Positions 1-11,602 are shown, counted from the stretch's first letter. The stretch: DNA of 64,000 nucleotides from Eukaryota sp. TZLM1-RC (GCA_040285825.1 JAUPSS010000004.1:6477784-6541783), one strand, 5' to 3'. Program-made: numbers and translations. The notes: generated by a model from the letters alone, not told the origin.

Positions 1-215
1 CAAAGACTGTTTCTGAAAATACCGACTCTGTGCGTCAAGCTGGTATGAAGTCTCGTTCATCCCATAGGTCTCGCAATTTGACTGAAGGGACATGTTTCAA
101 ATGTCACGAGAAAGGTCATCTAGCTCGTGATTGCCCCTCAAAAGTTAAGCACGAAGTCAATCTTCTACGCCACGTGCCTCAGTATCTCACAAATCCCCTA
201 TCTTCATTACGCTAA
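1..215 (+). mobile_element. 3' end of a gag-like ORF with CCHC zinc knuckle (partial, runs off the window start)
   Basis: CFKCHEKGHLARDCP = CX2CX4HX4C; followed by purine-rich tract GAAAGAAAATGGGAAGAAGTAG and TGTTG. Confidence 0.65.
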
Positions 216-255
216 ATGGTTTAAGAAACTGTTGAAAGAAAATGGGAAGAAGTAG

Positions 256-403
256 TGTTGTTGTTACTGATTAACTAACTTGGTAGAGAGATGATGATTT
301 ACATGATGACGTGGCACTTGTTCAAGAACAAGTATTTCTAATGATAAACCTCTTTTTTTTCTTTTTATTTTTGGTATTTCTGCCTAACGGTATCACTCTT
401 ACA
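256..403 (+). repeat. Putative 3' LTR of a second LTR-element family
   Basis: Begins TGTTG right after a PPT-like tract ending GTAG (same junction style as the array LTRs), ends TTACA; carries TGATGACGTGGCA, also present (inverted) in the array LTR. Partner LTR is not in the window. Confidence 0.45.
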
Positions 404-1082
404 ATGCTATTGATTAGAACGTTGAAATCATGGCTAGGTGTCACTAGAACTGCTATGTGGATTATCTGTAGTTACCCAAATGTAAGGGTGATCTCGGTTT
501 TCCCGAGCTTACCAGAAATATTATACTCTGCAAAATTCTTTTGATCCTGACTCATAGTGTTTGAAGTAATAAAACGATGAAGATCTATTTGGAAACGAAT
601 TTTAATTCAATTAAAAATTTTGAGAATGTTACTATTGGTTGAAGAAAGGAGGAATTTTTGTTATTAGTCAAACATACTTTATACTTTCCTGATTTAAATC
701 AGCCAATCGTCAAACAAGATTATGTTGGTAATTGCGATTACAACACTTATGTTTTTCTTTATTCAAGAAAACACTTTAATGCGATGACTGATGCAGATTT
801 AATACAACAATCGATTGACAAGTTCTATAAGTAGCTATTGAATTTAGTGAAATGTGAAAGGACGTTGGTATTTACATTAACCAAATTTGATGGTTTTGAT
901 TTAGAACCCTCAAAGCAGTACATTCACAGAGCCTTCGGAAAATACTGTTAACCTTTGTTACAACTGCCAAGAAGGAAAATACAATTGCAAGCAGTTCAAA
1001 GGGCCACTTTGATAGTTAGATATTCCTGAAAAGGGTAAAAACGGAAGGCACAACTGTTTAAACAAAACAGTTCAGAAGCAAA

Positions 1083-1760
1083 ATGCATAATAATGTCAGG
1101 GACCAAATTTATGTAATGTGCAAATCATATCGAGTAGAATCCTTTTTAGAGCCTTTGTTATCAAAATTAATTCTTGATGACCCCAATATTGATAGTACGT
1201 GTTACAACAAAGCTTCTATGGGTCTGACAAGATGTGATCTAGTTGTTCCCGGTTTAAACGGTAGTTTTACCATTTTAGACGCCATGTCTATTGACCCTCG
1301 TAATTCTTCTAACGAACATCTCATTAACTCAGATGTAAATAATCCTCTTCTTGCTGGCAAAAAATATAACACTGCTAAATATGCGAAACCCATTTCTTCA
1401 GTTAATGAAAATTCTCATGCCCAATATAATTTATGTCCCATTTGTTATTTTTTTCTTGGATCTCTAGTTATGGCTGCTATGGCTTTCCTTGAGGATTTTG
1501 TTGTAGTTGTAAAAGAAAGAACTGGAAGAATTTTCAATCGTGTTTACTGGCAAAAAAGGATAATATTTTCTATTTTTAAGGGTATGGTAAAACTAATTTC
1601 TGATTCACTCTCTTCTTGTGGGAAATTTTCTGACTCTTTAGCAATTAATTGTTTTGATGTAGGGGAGGCAGGTTTTGAGGATGTGAAGTTTTAATTGTGT
1701 GTTTTATGTTTTCATATTTCTTTTTTTTTGACCAATATAATTTATAGTTTAAACAAAAAA
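1083..1760 (+). mobile_element. 3' fragment of RLE-type (CRE-like) non-LTR retrotransposon, family C
   Basis: HNNVRD...EP...RCDLVVP...LDAMS...AKY...YWQKRI restriction-like endonuclease motifs; A-rich tail near 1750-1760. Confidence 0.7.
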
Positions 1761-1788
1761 ATGTAATTTGTTTACTTACAACAAAAGA

Positions 1789-4077
1789 TCAATCAAAACT
1801 ATAAGTAACAGAACTATATGATTCAGAAGTGAATCCAATATCGCTATCATCCAACATCTTATCAAACAATGCAGATGCATCAATTGTGTGATTAGAATGC
1901 AAAGAATCATCCACCTTACATGATGCCTTTGAACTAAATTGTTCTGGGACAGGAATTAAAATATCAATCTTTGTTCCAAGACCTTCACTAGACTCAATGA
2001 GGAATCGACCATTTAGAAATTGAGTTACACTGATAAATGCCTTGGTAAGACCAAAACCTCGACCAAAACCTCGCCGGTCTCCAATCTTTTGCCCAAATTG
2101 AACTTGCAAACTAGGGGATGTAATTCCTACACCCATATCATGAACAACAATTCTGACAAACACCTGATCGTTAACAGGATCGACAATGTTGGCTACACTA
2201 GCTCGAATTGTTGTATTGGCAGGAGAATACTTTCTAGAATTACAGATTAAGTCCTAAAGTTAAATAGAAAACAACATCATACCCGTGCCAAATCTACCAC
2301 AACCTGTGGCATAAATACAGGATTTGATACCTGTGAAAATTCAGAACAATGTGATTCATCACAGCTAGAGAATTCTTCTGAAGTCGCATCAAGTTCTGAC
2401 ATACCAAAATCTAAATAAATCGTGTGAAACGGAGCGCAAGTGTTTTGAATAGGTGTGATGAGAATGTTTCCGTTGCAAATGAACTTGATTCCTGATGAAG
2501 AGTCTGGATTAGCTTGAATAGCACTGAATACTGCTTTGAAATTAGATGCCAAATGTTTAGCTTGGAAACACTGCCATTGCCCAACCAAGTCCAGATTAGA
2601 GTCTGGGTCCTTTGCTGAAAGTTCCAATCGTTGTGAAATTTATCGGATTCGAACTTCCAGAATTGGTAAAATATCATTCTTGACAAAGATCAGCTGCTGG
2701 GAAAGAATGTCACTGTCACCATTTCTATCTTCGATAGCTGATAGAACATCTCTGGAAAGTACATCTTTCCATTGAACAAGTGTCTCAGCGTAATCAAAGC
2801 AAGAGAAAGCTTGCTTGTCAGAAACAACCGCTTGTTCTGTCCAGTTTACTAACTTTTGGGTTAACTCATCCCTTTCTGGAGAAATAGGTGTGTCTGAAAG
2901 TTCCATCAGGCGGGTACTGAGGTTAACTAAGTTGACTGCTGAATGGAAAACTAATAGGGCACGTTGAGCATCAGTAAGTGTTTTTGCAGACCAGATTTCA
3001 GAGCCTTTTCGACTTTCAAAATTAAGTTCATTTACAACAGACACAGCAGCATCTATTTCAGACTCAGTCATATCAACGGTAAGTGAAATGGGAGATGGTG
3101 GCGATAAGGGTGAATTGGGAACACTGGGGGATTCAACATTTACAATCCATGGATGACTCCATACATCGTCCAAAGAGAGACGTAGCTTGGGATCAGGGTG
3201 TAGAAGACCAGCTAAAAGATCCCTCAATTTTGAATCAATTGGTGGAAAGTTGAGATCAACTTTACCCTCCTTGTAATCAACAATAGTCGAAATGAGCTGT
3301 GTTTTGGTATGAGCCGTGGGCCATGGAGACTGTCCGAATGCAAGTATATACAACGTAACACCTAATGCATAAACATCAACAGCAGGATCATTGATGTTGA
3401 TGATAGAACCATTATTAAAGCATTCAGGTGCAATGAAAAGTGGTGAACCCCTTAGTACAGGATCGTCGCTGGTACGTTTAGTAGACACTCCAAAATCGGC
3501 AATAACGCATCTACGTGGAGTAGAGTCCCGAATAAGTAAGATATTGCCTGAAATCAATAAAAATAGACTAAAACAAACTGGGCTTGATATCATGGTGAAC
3601 AATTCCCTGGGTATGTACATACTGAAGCCCTGAAACAATCTGAAGGAGGATGTTTCTCAGTCTATGAGAAGGTAGGGGTTTTACTTTACCAATAGAGGAA
3701 TCACGGAGAAGGCAACCACCGTCTGCATATTCTGTTATAATATAGAGAGTGCCGCTCTCATCAGCAATGATTTGCTTTAGTTTTAAAACATTAGGATGAT
3801 CCATTTTGCGCAAAATTGCTATCTCCCTAAGCAAGTGAGGGTCGAATAGACCAGAAGCTGGCAGTCTTTTCACTTTAGGACGAATAACCTTGATCGCACA
3901 TTCTTCCTTGGTACTTTTGTCCATAGCGTGGAAAACCTGACCATTGCTTCCAGATCCCAATTCCTGAAAGAGCGCGAAAGAGCGTATGTCACCAGTAGAA
4001 GATGAAAGAATTCGGTAGTAGTTATCATTTGTACTGCTTGGTGACAGTTTTGATCCACAGCACAACAGTTTAGACAT
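1789..4077 (-). CDS. CaMKK-like Ser/Thr kinase fused to a histidine-kinase-like (HATPase_c/GHKL) domain; introns 3548-3578 and 2254-2282; in-frame TAA at 2640-2642
   Basis: GSGSNG, AIK, HHDIKPSN (restored by 31-nt GTTTGT..TTTCAG intron), DFG, APE, DVYALGVTLY; C-terminal LARDLICNSRKYS (N box, restored by 29-nt GTATGA..TTTAG intron), DMGVGI (G1), GFGRGFGL (G2), IESSEGLGTKI (G3). Confidence 0.75.
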
Positions 4078-4249
4078 GAGCTTATGACAGTCCAATCCAA
4101 CTTCTTGTGGTAAGGTTGTTGAAGGAATGAGTTTCCCTCTCAAAATGATTTTAAATAATAATTTTAATCATCGCTTCAATGAGATGATGTTAGTTCATCT
4201 TTACATATTTTCAAAACAACTCTCTTGTGTTGAGTTAATTACAAAGCTG

Positions 4250-4677
4250 CCCATTAAAAATCCCCAGCCATCAGAAATATAATCATTCATAATTTTGGTC
4301 GAAGTAATGTTGGCCATAACATTGTTCTAAATTGATAACTTATGTTTCTTCATTACATGATGGTTTTAATGACACTGTTTTCAATATGACATGAAAAACA
4401 AGAATCTCCTGTATTAGGAAGCCTTTGTGGAAAAGAACGCTGTCATTACGCAAGTTTAGTTCTGATGACGGAGCTGATATCTACTGCGTTTACTTGAACG
4501 GAAGACTGGCCTTTGAGGCAGGAATTTCGTTGAAAAACTGCCACAAAAATGGTTCAAGAAAACCCAAAGAGGCGATTGGATACTGTTCTATGGCGTTCTT
4601 GAACTCACTTCGCCATTATTTATAGATTACCATTGTTATCGATCAACAACAGCTATAGCAAGGACGATATCTGATCA
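4250..4677 (+). mobile_element. Highly decayed family B RLE non-LTR 3' fragment
   Basis: RISCIRKPLWKRTLSL..DDGADIYC matches RISCIKEPLLKETLSL..DDRGDVYC of the other family B copies. Confidence 0.6.
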
Positions 4678-4685
4678 AGTATTTG

Positions 4686-5278
4686 CAAAGTTACCGAGTG
4701 CGACGATTTTGAGTGCGACGATTTTTCGAATTAATTTTTACTATTATTATTAAATTAATAATATTAATTATTAATATCAGTATTAGAAAGCACAATGTAT
4801 AAAAATAGTAGTAGAATAGTACATTAATTCTTCACCCCACCAACACCATTTGCAATCCCATTTTTAGCCTGAAAGACCACTTTTTCATAGAACTACAACA
4901 AGAAAACCAAGTAGATGATAATGATGAGCATCAGCCAGTTGAGTTCTTGTCAGATGAACAGCGAAAATTCAAGATGGAAGGATGTTTGTTGAAGCTGATG
5001 TGATTGAAGAAGAAACTGTTGTGTTTCATGGTCGTGAACTTGATTGTTCTCGTGATTGTTTTGATAGTTTAAGTGATAGTATTTTTTTGAATTAGTGTTA
5101 AAATTACTGTAAAAATTGTTTTGGATACGACGTAAACCTCATATGAATATGAACAACACAACAATGTAAACCGTTTTTTCACACAGAATAGTCTTGATCA
5201 AAGTGAGTGCGATGCCGAGGTCGCACTCAGTGCGCACTGAGTACGAGTGCGAGTGCGAGTGCGCACTCGGTAACTTAG
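4686..5278. mobile_element. Non-autonomous hAT-type DNA transposon (MITE), 593 bp
   Basis: TIRs CAAAGTTACCGAGTGCG / CGCACTCGGTAACTTAG (1 mismatch); 8-bp TSD AGTATTTG at 4678-4685 and 5279-5286; subterminal GAGTGCG repeats. Confidence 0.85.
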
Positions 5279-5600
5279 AGTATTTGTGTATGGAACCTAG
5301 TTTTGTTGAATGTTGTCCAATTAGATCGAATTCAAAGTTGTGATCATCAACAGGTTTGATTTTGGCTGTGATCAACCAAAATGGAATCCATTATTTTAGT
5401 TGAGTAGACCCCTATAAAGTGATCCCATTTGAGCCGAAGAAATACATGGTTTTCAATTACTTAAGGTTCTTCGATTCCATATCTAATTTTTCATGATGTG
5501 TACTCAACAGCTAACACCAAGTTACAAATTTGAGGCAAATTGAAAAATTCTAAACCAAAATTTATAAGAACAAAGTAAAATAAATGACAGAATCTACTGT

Positions 5601-7022
5601 TTAATTCTGGTTGATAATATCACCAAGAATTTCTCTTATTCTATTACGAACTTCCTTAATAGATTCATTATCACTATCCTTGGCTGCGCGCATATCATAA
5701 CAATGAGAACAACCCTCATCTGGGTCACAAGTACCATATAATCTATGATTTGAAGGTCCAATATCATCGTGGCTAGGGTTAGAATAATCTCTAATAGAAG
5801 CAGCTTTCCAAGGATCATCCTGGAAATTGGTGAAAATGACATTGGTGAGTAGAGGCAAATCACCACCGTAAAAATCATTAATATATCGTTCACTGTTTAC
5901 TGGCTTGCGATCCTTGCCATAAGCTCGTTTACACCAATTGTGCCAGTATTCAAAGGTCATTACCTTGGATCTGATAGGATTTTTGGTTTCCGAGGACTGT
6001 AACCAGCCCAATTCATGACAACTTTGCCAATACCACTGTCTGGCATTTTGGTTAAATCTATAATCTTCTCTAGCCATGCATCTTGTGTCATATTCACACA
6101 GACCATGGGGTTCGTATTCATCCATAAAGATTTCCTTTGCATATTTGGCATAAGCCTTGAACAACTGTTCTCCATCAAGACCTTTGAGTCTTTTGCAGAG
6201 GCGTGGTTTCTGTCCATATTGAGTAGGAATGATCTGGCTGTCGGCAAGGAGGAACCAAATATCTTCATCTCTATAGCCATCATCAAAACCAAAAACTTTT
6301 TTGCATTCAGTGGCACCCTTTTTGGTCTTCATTTTGGCTTCAAACAAAGCAGTAACTTTTCTTAATTGTCCAGCACATTCATCACCAACAGCAGCGGCAA
6401 TGTGTTCATCAAATTCAAAGAAATTGGCAATAGAGTTGACAACAGCACTTGAAGCCAAGGAAGCATCAGTAACATGAGGATATTTCAGTCTAAACCAAGC
6501 AGAAAGAGCACCTGGGTAACTACCGCCAAAAGTAATTGTTGGAATACTATCACCATTGGGGATCTTTGACTTAAAATCTTGGATAAAGTGGGCCAAATCA
6601 GCAAGAGCTTGACGAGAATTGAGAAATTCCAAGTTCTTAGCCTTGAGGGGTTTTTTCTGGTTTTTGAAGGGGATAGACTTGCCATAGAATCGGTGTTCTA
6701 AAGCAAGAATGAGACCGTTATGTTCCTTGGCTATGGTACCCACCAAGCTTTCGTCTGTAGGAGGACCGTTCAATGTACCTTCTCCTCCAATAAAGACCAG
6801 TAGTGGCCCATAACCATCCCAAAACTTTTGATTCATAAAGTAGCGTTGTTCAAAGGTACGATGATCATGATCATTGAAATGGTCAATCTGTTGGGGAAAC
6901 CACTGTTCCAGTGAGATGTATCCAGTATTCGGAGAAGTGAAAGGGGACGTAACTTCATTGGAGAGAATGGAGAAACGCCCAAAGGCCAGAGTCGCTAGCA
7001 ACAAGGTTAGTGCTAAACGCAT
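5601..7022 (-). CDS. Secreted/lysosomal serine peptidase family S28 (PRCP/TSSP-like)
   Basis: Signal peptide, QQIDHF, QRYF, GGEG, LEHRFYGKS, QALADLA, nucleophile GGSYPG, DPW, HCYD. Confidence 0.93.
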   Translation of the reverse strand: MRLALTLLLATLAFGRFSILSNEVTSPFTSPNTGYISLEQWFPQQIDHFNDHDHRTFEQRYFMNQKFWDGYGPLLVFIGGEGTLNGPPTDESLVGTIAKEHNGLILALEHRFYGKSIPFKNQKKPLKAKNLEFLNSRQALADLAHFIQDFKSKIPNGDSIPTITFGGSYPGALSAWFRLKYPHVTDASLASSAVVNSIANFFEFDEHIAAAVGDECAGQLRKVTALFEAKMKTKKGATECKKVFGFDDGYRDEDIWFLLADSQIIPTQYGQKPRLCKRLKGLDGEQLFKAYAKYAKEIFMDEYEPHGLCEYDTRCMAREDYRFNQNARQWYWQSCHELGWLQSSETKNPIRSKVMTFEYWHNWCKRAYGKDRKPVNSERYINDFYGGDLPLLTNVIFTNFQDDPWKAASIRDYSNPSHDDIGPSNHRLYGTCDPDEGCSHCYDMRAAKDSDNESIKEVRNRIREILGDIINQN

Positions 7023-7089
7023 TGTGATGATACAACTTCTAAATCAAATCCCAAAGCTTAGTTTTGAAAAATCCAAAACAAATACAATA

Positions 7090-7925
7090 CAAATTGAAGA
7101 GATGTTTTCTTCGGTAAAAATGATTGCCTATATGGATAACGTTGTTTTTATAGGTGACTTAAAGATTGTCAGAGAAGCAACTGTATGTTTGAAAAAATTA
7201 TTTAACAAAATTGGCCTTCAACTTAATTTACTTAAATGTGTTTTACTTTCCAATTCTCCATTTGTTATTCTGGAAAGTTTACTCATATTAGGAGAGCAAC
7301 ATCACCATCAATTTCTTTGGAATTTTGTATTTTTAATGAACAAAGGCCCAATTTTTTGGCAAAATTATTAGAAATTGATGCATCTCAATTACGAAGCCTC
7401 ATTTTTTGTGGTACAGATTTTGGCGGTGTTGATTTTCAAAATTCAAGCTATTTTTGCAAAGCTGCATTCATTGGAGGTGGTAAAAATTTTATCTTTGAAT
7501 TTGTGAATCGCTTTCCAGAAAAAATTGATCTCATTGAAAACTGTGCCAGCTCTTGTCTTATTTTTTTGCAACAGAAAATTGAAACTCTTTCACCAAATAT
7601 TTGGTCTAAATGTTTTGCCTCTGATATTGTGGAACTTCCTTCAAGAAGCTTGCTCTCCTTACCACTGACTTTTGCAAAATTGCAGAAAAAAAATCTTAAA
7701 AGTTTTAGAAAACTAGGATAATATTGTACGTCTTATCTTGGCTAAAGAAAAAAACCCCGTTTTTGCAAACTTTTTGATTGACCTTGAAGACAGTTGCTCA
7801 AGTTGCCTAATCTCCCAAGCTACCAACATTTATGGCCTTCTACTCAATGATCATCAATGAACCACTGCTATGAGAATGAGATGTTTCTTATGGCCTTGTT
7901 CGTTACCAAATGATTTAATTTGTCG
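7090..7925 (+). mobile_element. Decayed RLE non-LTR retrotransposon, family A (RT C-terminal half to zinc-finger start)
   Basis: AYMDN (YxDD-like), IGLQLNLLKC, FGGVDF..AAFIGG, MRMRCFLWP; frameshifted. Confidence 0.65.
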
Positions 7926-8330
7926 TTTGCAACCAAAGTGTCATTTGCAACATTACAAGAGACACAGTCAACAACAGCTTCAGAGTTCTCAATCCAATCA
8001 CAGTATATATCACCTCTATTTTCAGAACCAAAATTATTCAATGACAGTGTTTCTTTCAACAGAGGCTCTTTGATACACGAGATTCTTGCAGTTCGTGCCA
8101 TATTATAAACAGTGTCTCTATCAGCATCATTTAATGAAGAACGATAAGTTATCAATTTCGAACAATTCAGAGCACGGCGCAAAGTGAGCTGAGGTGAATT
8201 CCAATAAATACTTTTTTCTTTCAGTAATTGTATACTGGGAATATTCAAATATAATCTCATTTTTGTTTCAAACGCTTCATTATTAGCACACAGTACAAAT
8301 CTTTATGGTACAATTGTTTCAAACAGAACG
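7925..8330 (-). mobile_element. Family B RLE non-LTR fragment, inverted, abutting family A
   Basis: KMRLYLNIP..NC..RSSLND..MARTARISCIKEPLLKE..RGDIYCDW..AVVD. Confidence 0.75.
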
Positions 8331-8429
8331 TTGTACAATACAATTTACGTTTAAGCATCGGATATCCTCCACAGACCAGACCATTGAACTGTTTTCAATT
8401 TGCGATGTACCACTGCAATGAGAATGAGA

Positions 8430-8615
8430 TGTAGGCTTATGCCAATATAGGTTATAGTTTATTATTGTTTATTAGTAGTTACAGTACCACGTGATGCCAC
8501 GTCATCACTTATTTATCTAGACTCTTGTTCAAATTTTGCTGATTATTCACACCCGCTGTAAGAAACACCCTGTTTCCTAGTTTATTACCTGATGCATCCC
8601 TTTGTTGACCCAACA
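8430..8615 (+). repeat. LTR 1 (186 bp)
   Basis: TGTAGGCTT...GACCCAACA, repeated five times. Confidence 0.92.
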
Positions 8616-10097
8616 GTAATTATTGTGGCCCCCAAGAGTAATCCAAGCCTAGTTGCTCCAATTCTTCGCAATGCTGACCGCACTTCCTGTGCTCGCTTTG
8701 CCGAAGAATTGCGTGACTTTGCTATCCGTATGTTTCTGTCCCGTCCCGCCTCTTCAACTAATGCTCAGCTTTCCCGACACAGCTCTCGTTCCTCTCGCCG
8801 CTCTGCTCGCCGCAATGAACCCGTCGAAGTAGCTCAGCCCGCCGAAGAATTCAATCCCGTCGAAGCAGACCATGAAGAAGACGAAAATCCTGAAGAAGTT
8901 CAATACAATCTCTATGATTCTATTGACGAAGCTCATGAACCTGAATTTCTTGACCTGTTCTCTGAAGATGATGAGAACCCTGAAAACTTGTATAAGCTTG
9001 TGGATGCTCATAACTCTGTTGCTGATGCTAAAGCCCTGATGTTACAATACATCCCAAGATGTATCGCCCCTGAAGTTCTCGATACATTGCTGATTATTCA
9101 CCATATTTCCTCAAGGAAACCCAAGAAGATTCTCGATTATATCCTGTCCTGTACTAAGATAGAGGATACAGCTCAAGCCTACAAGCTGTATGATTGTGTT
9201 ACCCTGAACCTGAACTGCCGAGATGCTGAAGAGGCCATTTCGAAGTGTTCCCGTGATTTTATGAAAGTCACCCAGAAGACCCCAACTCTGCAGAGCAATA
9301 GCCAAGCTCTGACCCGTAAATTCCTGAATGGAATCCGTCCTGAACCTTTAAAAAGGTTATTGAAGTCTGAAGCAGAAGACTTCCTTATCTCCTCTATCCC
9401 TGAAATCCTTAAGCGATTAACTGACCTCTTGCCTGAATATCATAGACCTTATTCCAAACATTACCAGCTATTTGAAGATAGACTAGCAAACAAGTACTCT
9501 GGAAACCCTAATCGAAGAATTAATAACCAAAGGTCCCGAAGAACTCCTAATAGGAAATACGTAACTCCAAATCAAGAGCCACGAAGCATTAGAAGTAATG
9601 CTTCCCGATCTACTCAACCACAAGCCCGAACAGATCGCTCCAACAAATCTCCCCACTCTGAGACCATTTGTAACTATTGCAAGAAACCCGGACACGTAGT
9701 CCGCGATTGCCCTGACCCTAACTGCAAATTGAGCCAAGTGAACAAGAAGAAACTTTATAAGAATCCAAGGAACCCTACTCACTCTAGAACTCATTCTACC
9801 CGTAATAAGACCCAATCAAATTCTATCGTCGAATCCATTAAGGAAGGATTAAAGGAAGACTACGCAATCGACGAAACTTATTATTCTCGTACAGTAACCT
9901 ACTCCAGCTCTTCTGACATTGAAGATTTAGCTTATAACGTATCATTAAACCCTCTTTTAATTAACTCCGATAGCTACTCTGAAGACACTTCAAACTCTCC
10001 TAGCCCTAATACCTTTCTCTCCGACTTCAATTGCTATGATCTGGACGATGTGTTTGAAAATCTAGATTTTGCACTTTTAATGAAAAGACTGGACTGA
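8592..10097 (+). CDS. Gag-like protein with CCHC knuckle, copy 1 (intact)
   Basis: CNYCKKPGHVVRDC; FLNGI capsid-like motif; ATG lies inside the LTR. Confidence 0.8.
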   Translation: MHPFVDPTVIIVAPKSNPSLVAPILRNADRTSCARFAEELRDFAIRMFLSRPASSTNAQLSRHSSRSSRRSARRNEPVEVAQPAEEFNPVEADHEEDENPEEVQYNLYDSIDEAHEPEFLDLFSEDDENPENLYKLVDAHNSVADAKALMLQYIPRCIAPEVLDTLLIIHHISSRKPKKILDYILSCTKIEDTAQAYKLYDCVTLNLNCRDAEEAISKCSRDFMKVTQKTPTLQSNSQALTRKFLNGIRPEPLKRLLKSEAEDFLISSIPEILKRLTDLLPEYHRPYSKHYQLFEDRLANKYSGNPNRRINNQRSRRTPNRKYVTPNQEPRSIRSNASRSTQPQARTDRSNKSPHSETICNYCKKPGHVVRDCPDPNCKLSQVNKKKLYKNPRNPTHSRTHSTRNKTQSNSIVESIKEGLKEDYAIDETYYSRTVTYSSSSDIEDLAYNVSLNPLLINSDSYSEDTSNSPSPNTFLSDFNCYDLDDVFENLDFALLMKRLD

Positions 10098-10135
10098 AGC
10101 TAACCCCATCGAAGAAGATCCTGATCCCACGCTCA

Positions 10136-11416
10136 ATGGTCCCAGAGATTCTGAACCACATCCATGGTTCCACCGAAGCCGGACATCCATCTCTCTCTAA
10201 CTCCTGGAAGTCCCTTAAGAAGTCCGATTTTTACTGGCCCACTATGAAAGCAGACCTAGAACTCCATGTTCGAAGTTGCATTCCCTGCCACAAGAACGCT
10301 GATGTCCCCAAGGCCCAGATCTCCGCCTCTGGATCACTGTCTCGTTCCCACAGACCTTTCGAGTATCTGCACTGTGATACTATTGGTCCTTTCCAACCCG
10401 ATTCTCGACAAAACAAATATGTACTTCATTTTGTCGATGCTTTCACCAAATTCAGCATTCTTGCCCCAGTGCCCGATATCAAAGCCATCACTGTAGCTGA
10501 TTCGATCCTAACCCACGTTTACGCAATATTTGGAGCGCCAAAATCAATTCACTCAGATAATGGTACTGAGTTCTGCAACGCTGTCTTCGCCTCGTTATGT
10601 CAACTCTTAAACATAACCCATACCACCTCCATTCCATACTTTCACCAATCCAACGGTTTGGTTGAAAGACAACTCCGTGTCCTCCTCCAGAATCTAAGAA
10701 AGATTCTTCTGGACTTTGCCGATTACGAAAAATGGTCCGATTACTTCCCGTTCTGCCAAATGATAGCAAATAGCAATCACCGGAAATCTCTCAACGCAAG
10801 TCCTTATGAACTCATGTCTGGCTCTGATGTATCTCCCCGTTTGTTACCGGTAGATATACTGAAAGCTCTGGAACCCAGACCAGATCAACCCGACGTGCCA
10901 GATTACCTAACGTATCTCTCTCACTTATCTTCTGAAATTATAAACAAATGGAAATCTGTCCCAGTTAACTTCCCATCCGAATCCGAATTTCCTGAGCCGA
11001 AGTTTGTCCCTCAACTGGGTTCCCGCGTCTTCGTTCTGCGAGAAAGTCCCAACAAATTACATGGACATTTTGTTGGTCCCTACATCGTCAAACAAAACCT
11101 AACTCGTAGCTCCCTCCTAGTCGAAAACCCTATTACTAGTTATCAGATCAAAACCTCTATTCATCTGATCAAACCTTGCTTGTCTTCCCTGCCAGACCAT
11201 ATTCTCAACGCCTATGTAGCCGCCGATGCTGGCGAACTCCTCATAGATGCCATTCTGGATGTCACTGACGGAAAAGCTTTAATTTTTTGGTCTGATGGAA
11301 CCCAAACTACTCAACCTGAGCACACTGTGAAGAATACTGTAGCCTATCAAAGGTTCAAGAAGATGATGATTTTGGACAAACCCAGAAGAAGAGGAAAAAG
11401 AAGAAAGAAGAGGTAG
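10136..11416 (+). CDS. Ty3/gypsy-type integrase, copy 1
   Basis: H..GH..CIPC zinc domain, CDTIG / SDNG / GLVER with exact D-35-E spacing, GPY module, degenerate chromodomain-like tail; stop abuts LTR. Confidence 0.92.
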   Translation: MVPEILNHIHGSTEAGHPSLSNSWKSLKKSDFYWPTMKADLELHVRSCIPCHKNADVPKAQISASGSLSRSHRPFEYLHCDTIGPFQPDSRQNKYVLHFVDAFTKFSILAPVPDIKAITVADSILTHVYAIFGAPKSIHSDNGTEFCNAVFASLCQLLNITHTTSIPYFHQSNGLVERQLRVLLQNLRKILLDFADYEKWSDYFPFCQMIANSNHRKSLNASPYELMSGSDVSPRLLPVDILKALEPRPDQPDVPDYLTYLSHLSSEIINKWKSVPVNFPSESEFPEPKFVPQLGSRVFVLRESPNKLHGHFVGPYIVKQNLTRSSLLVENPITSYQIKTSIHLIKPCLSSLPDHILNAYVAADAGELLIDAILDVTDGKALIFWSDGTQTTQPEHTVKNTVAYQRFKKMMILDKPRRRGKRRKKR

Positions 11417-11602
11417 TGTAGGCTTATGCCAATATAGGTTATAGTTTATTATTGTTTATTAGTAGTTACAGTACCACGTGATGCCACGTCATCACTTATT
11501 TATCTAGACTCTTGTTCAAATTTTGCTGATTATTCACACCCGCTGTAAGAAACACCCTGTTTCCTAGTTTATTACCTGATGCATCCCTTTGTTGACCCAA
11601 CA
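11417..11602 (+). repeat. LTR 2 (shared)
   Basis: Matches LTR 1; preceded by PPT AGAAGAAGAGGAAAAAGAAGAAAGAAGAGGTAG. Confidence 0.92.

Noticed and set aside
2640-2642. In-frame TAA/TAG codons (kinase, Fanzor remnants) as evidence of stop-codon reassignment
   Set aside because: RPS10, RPL23A, AASS and Mot1 end at TAA/TAG in the expected places and long conserved ORFs contain none internally
8616-8640. Tf1-like self-priming PBS
   Set aside because: No convincing complement of the post-LTR sequence within the LTR
10058-10097. Programmed -1 frameshift between gag and integrase
   Set aside because: Frames overlap but there is no X XXY YYZ heptamer; a deletion junction explains it equally well
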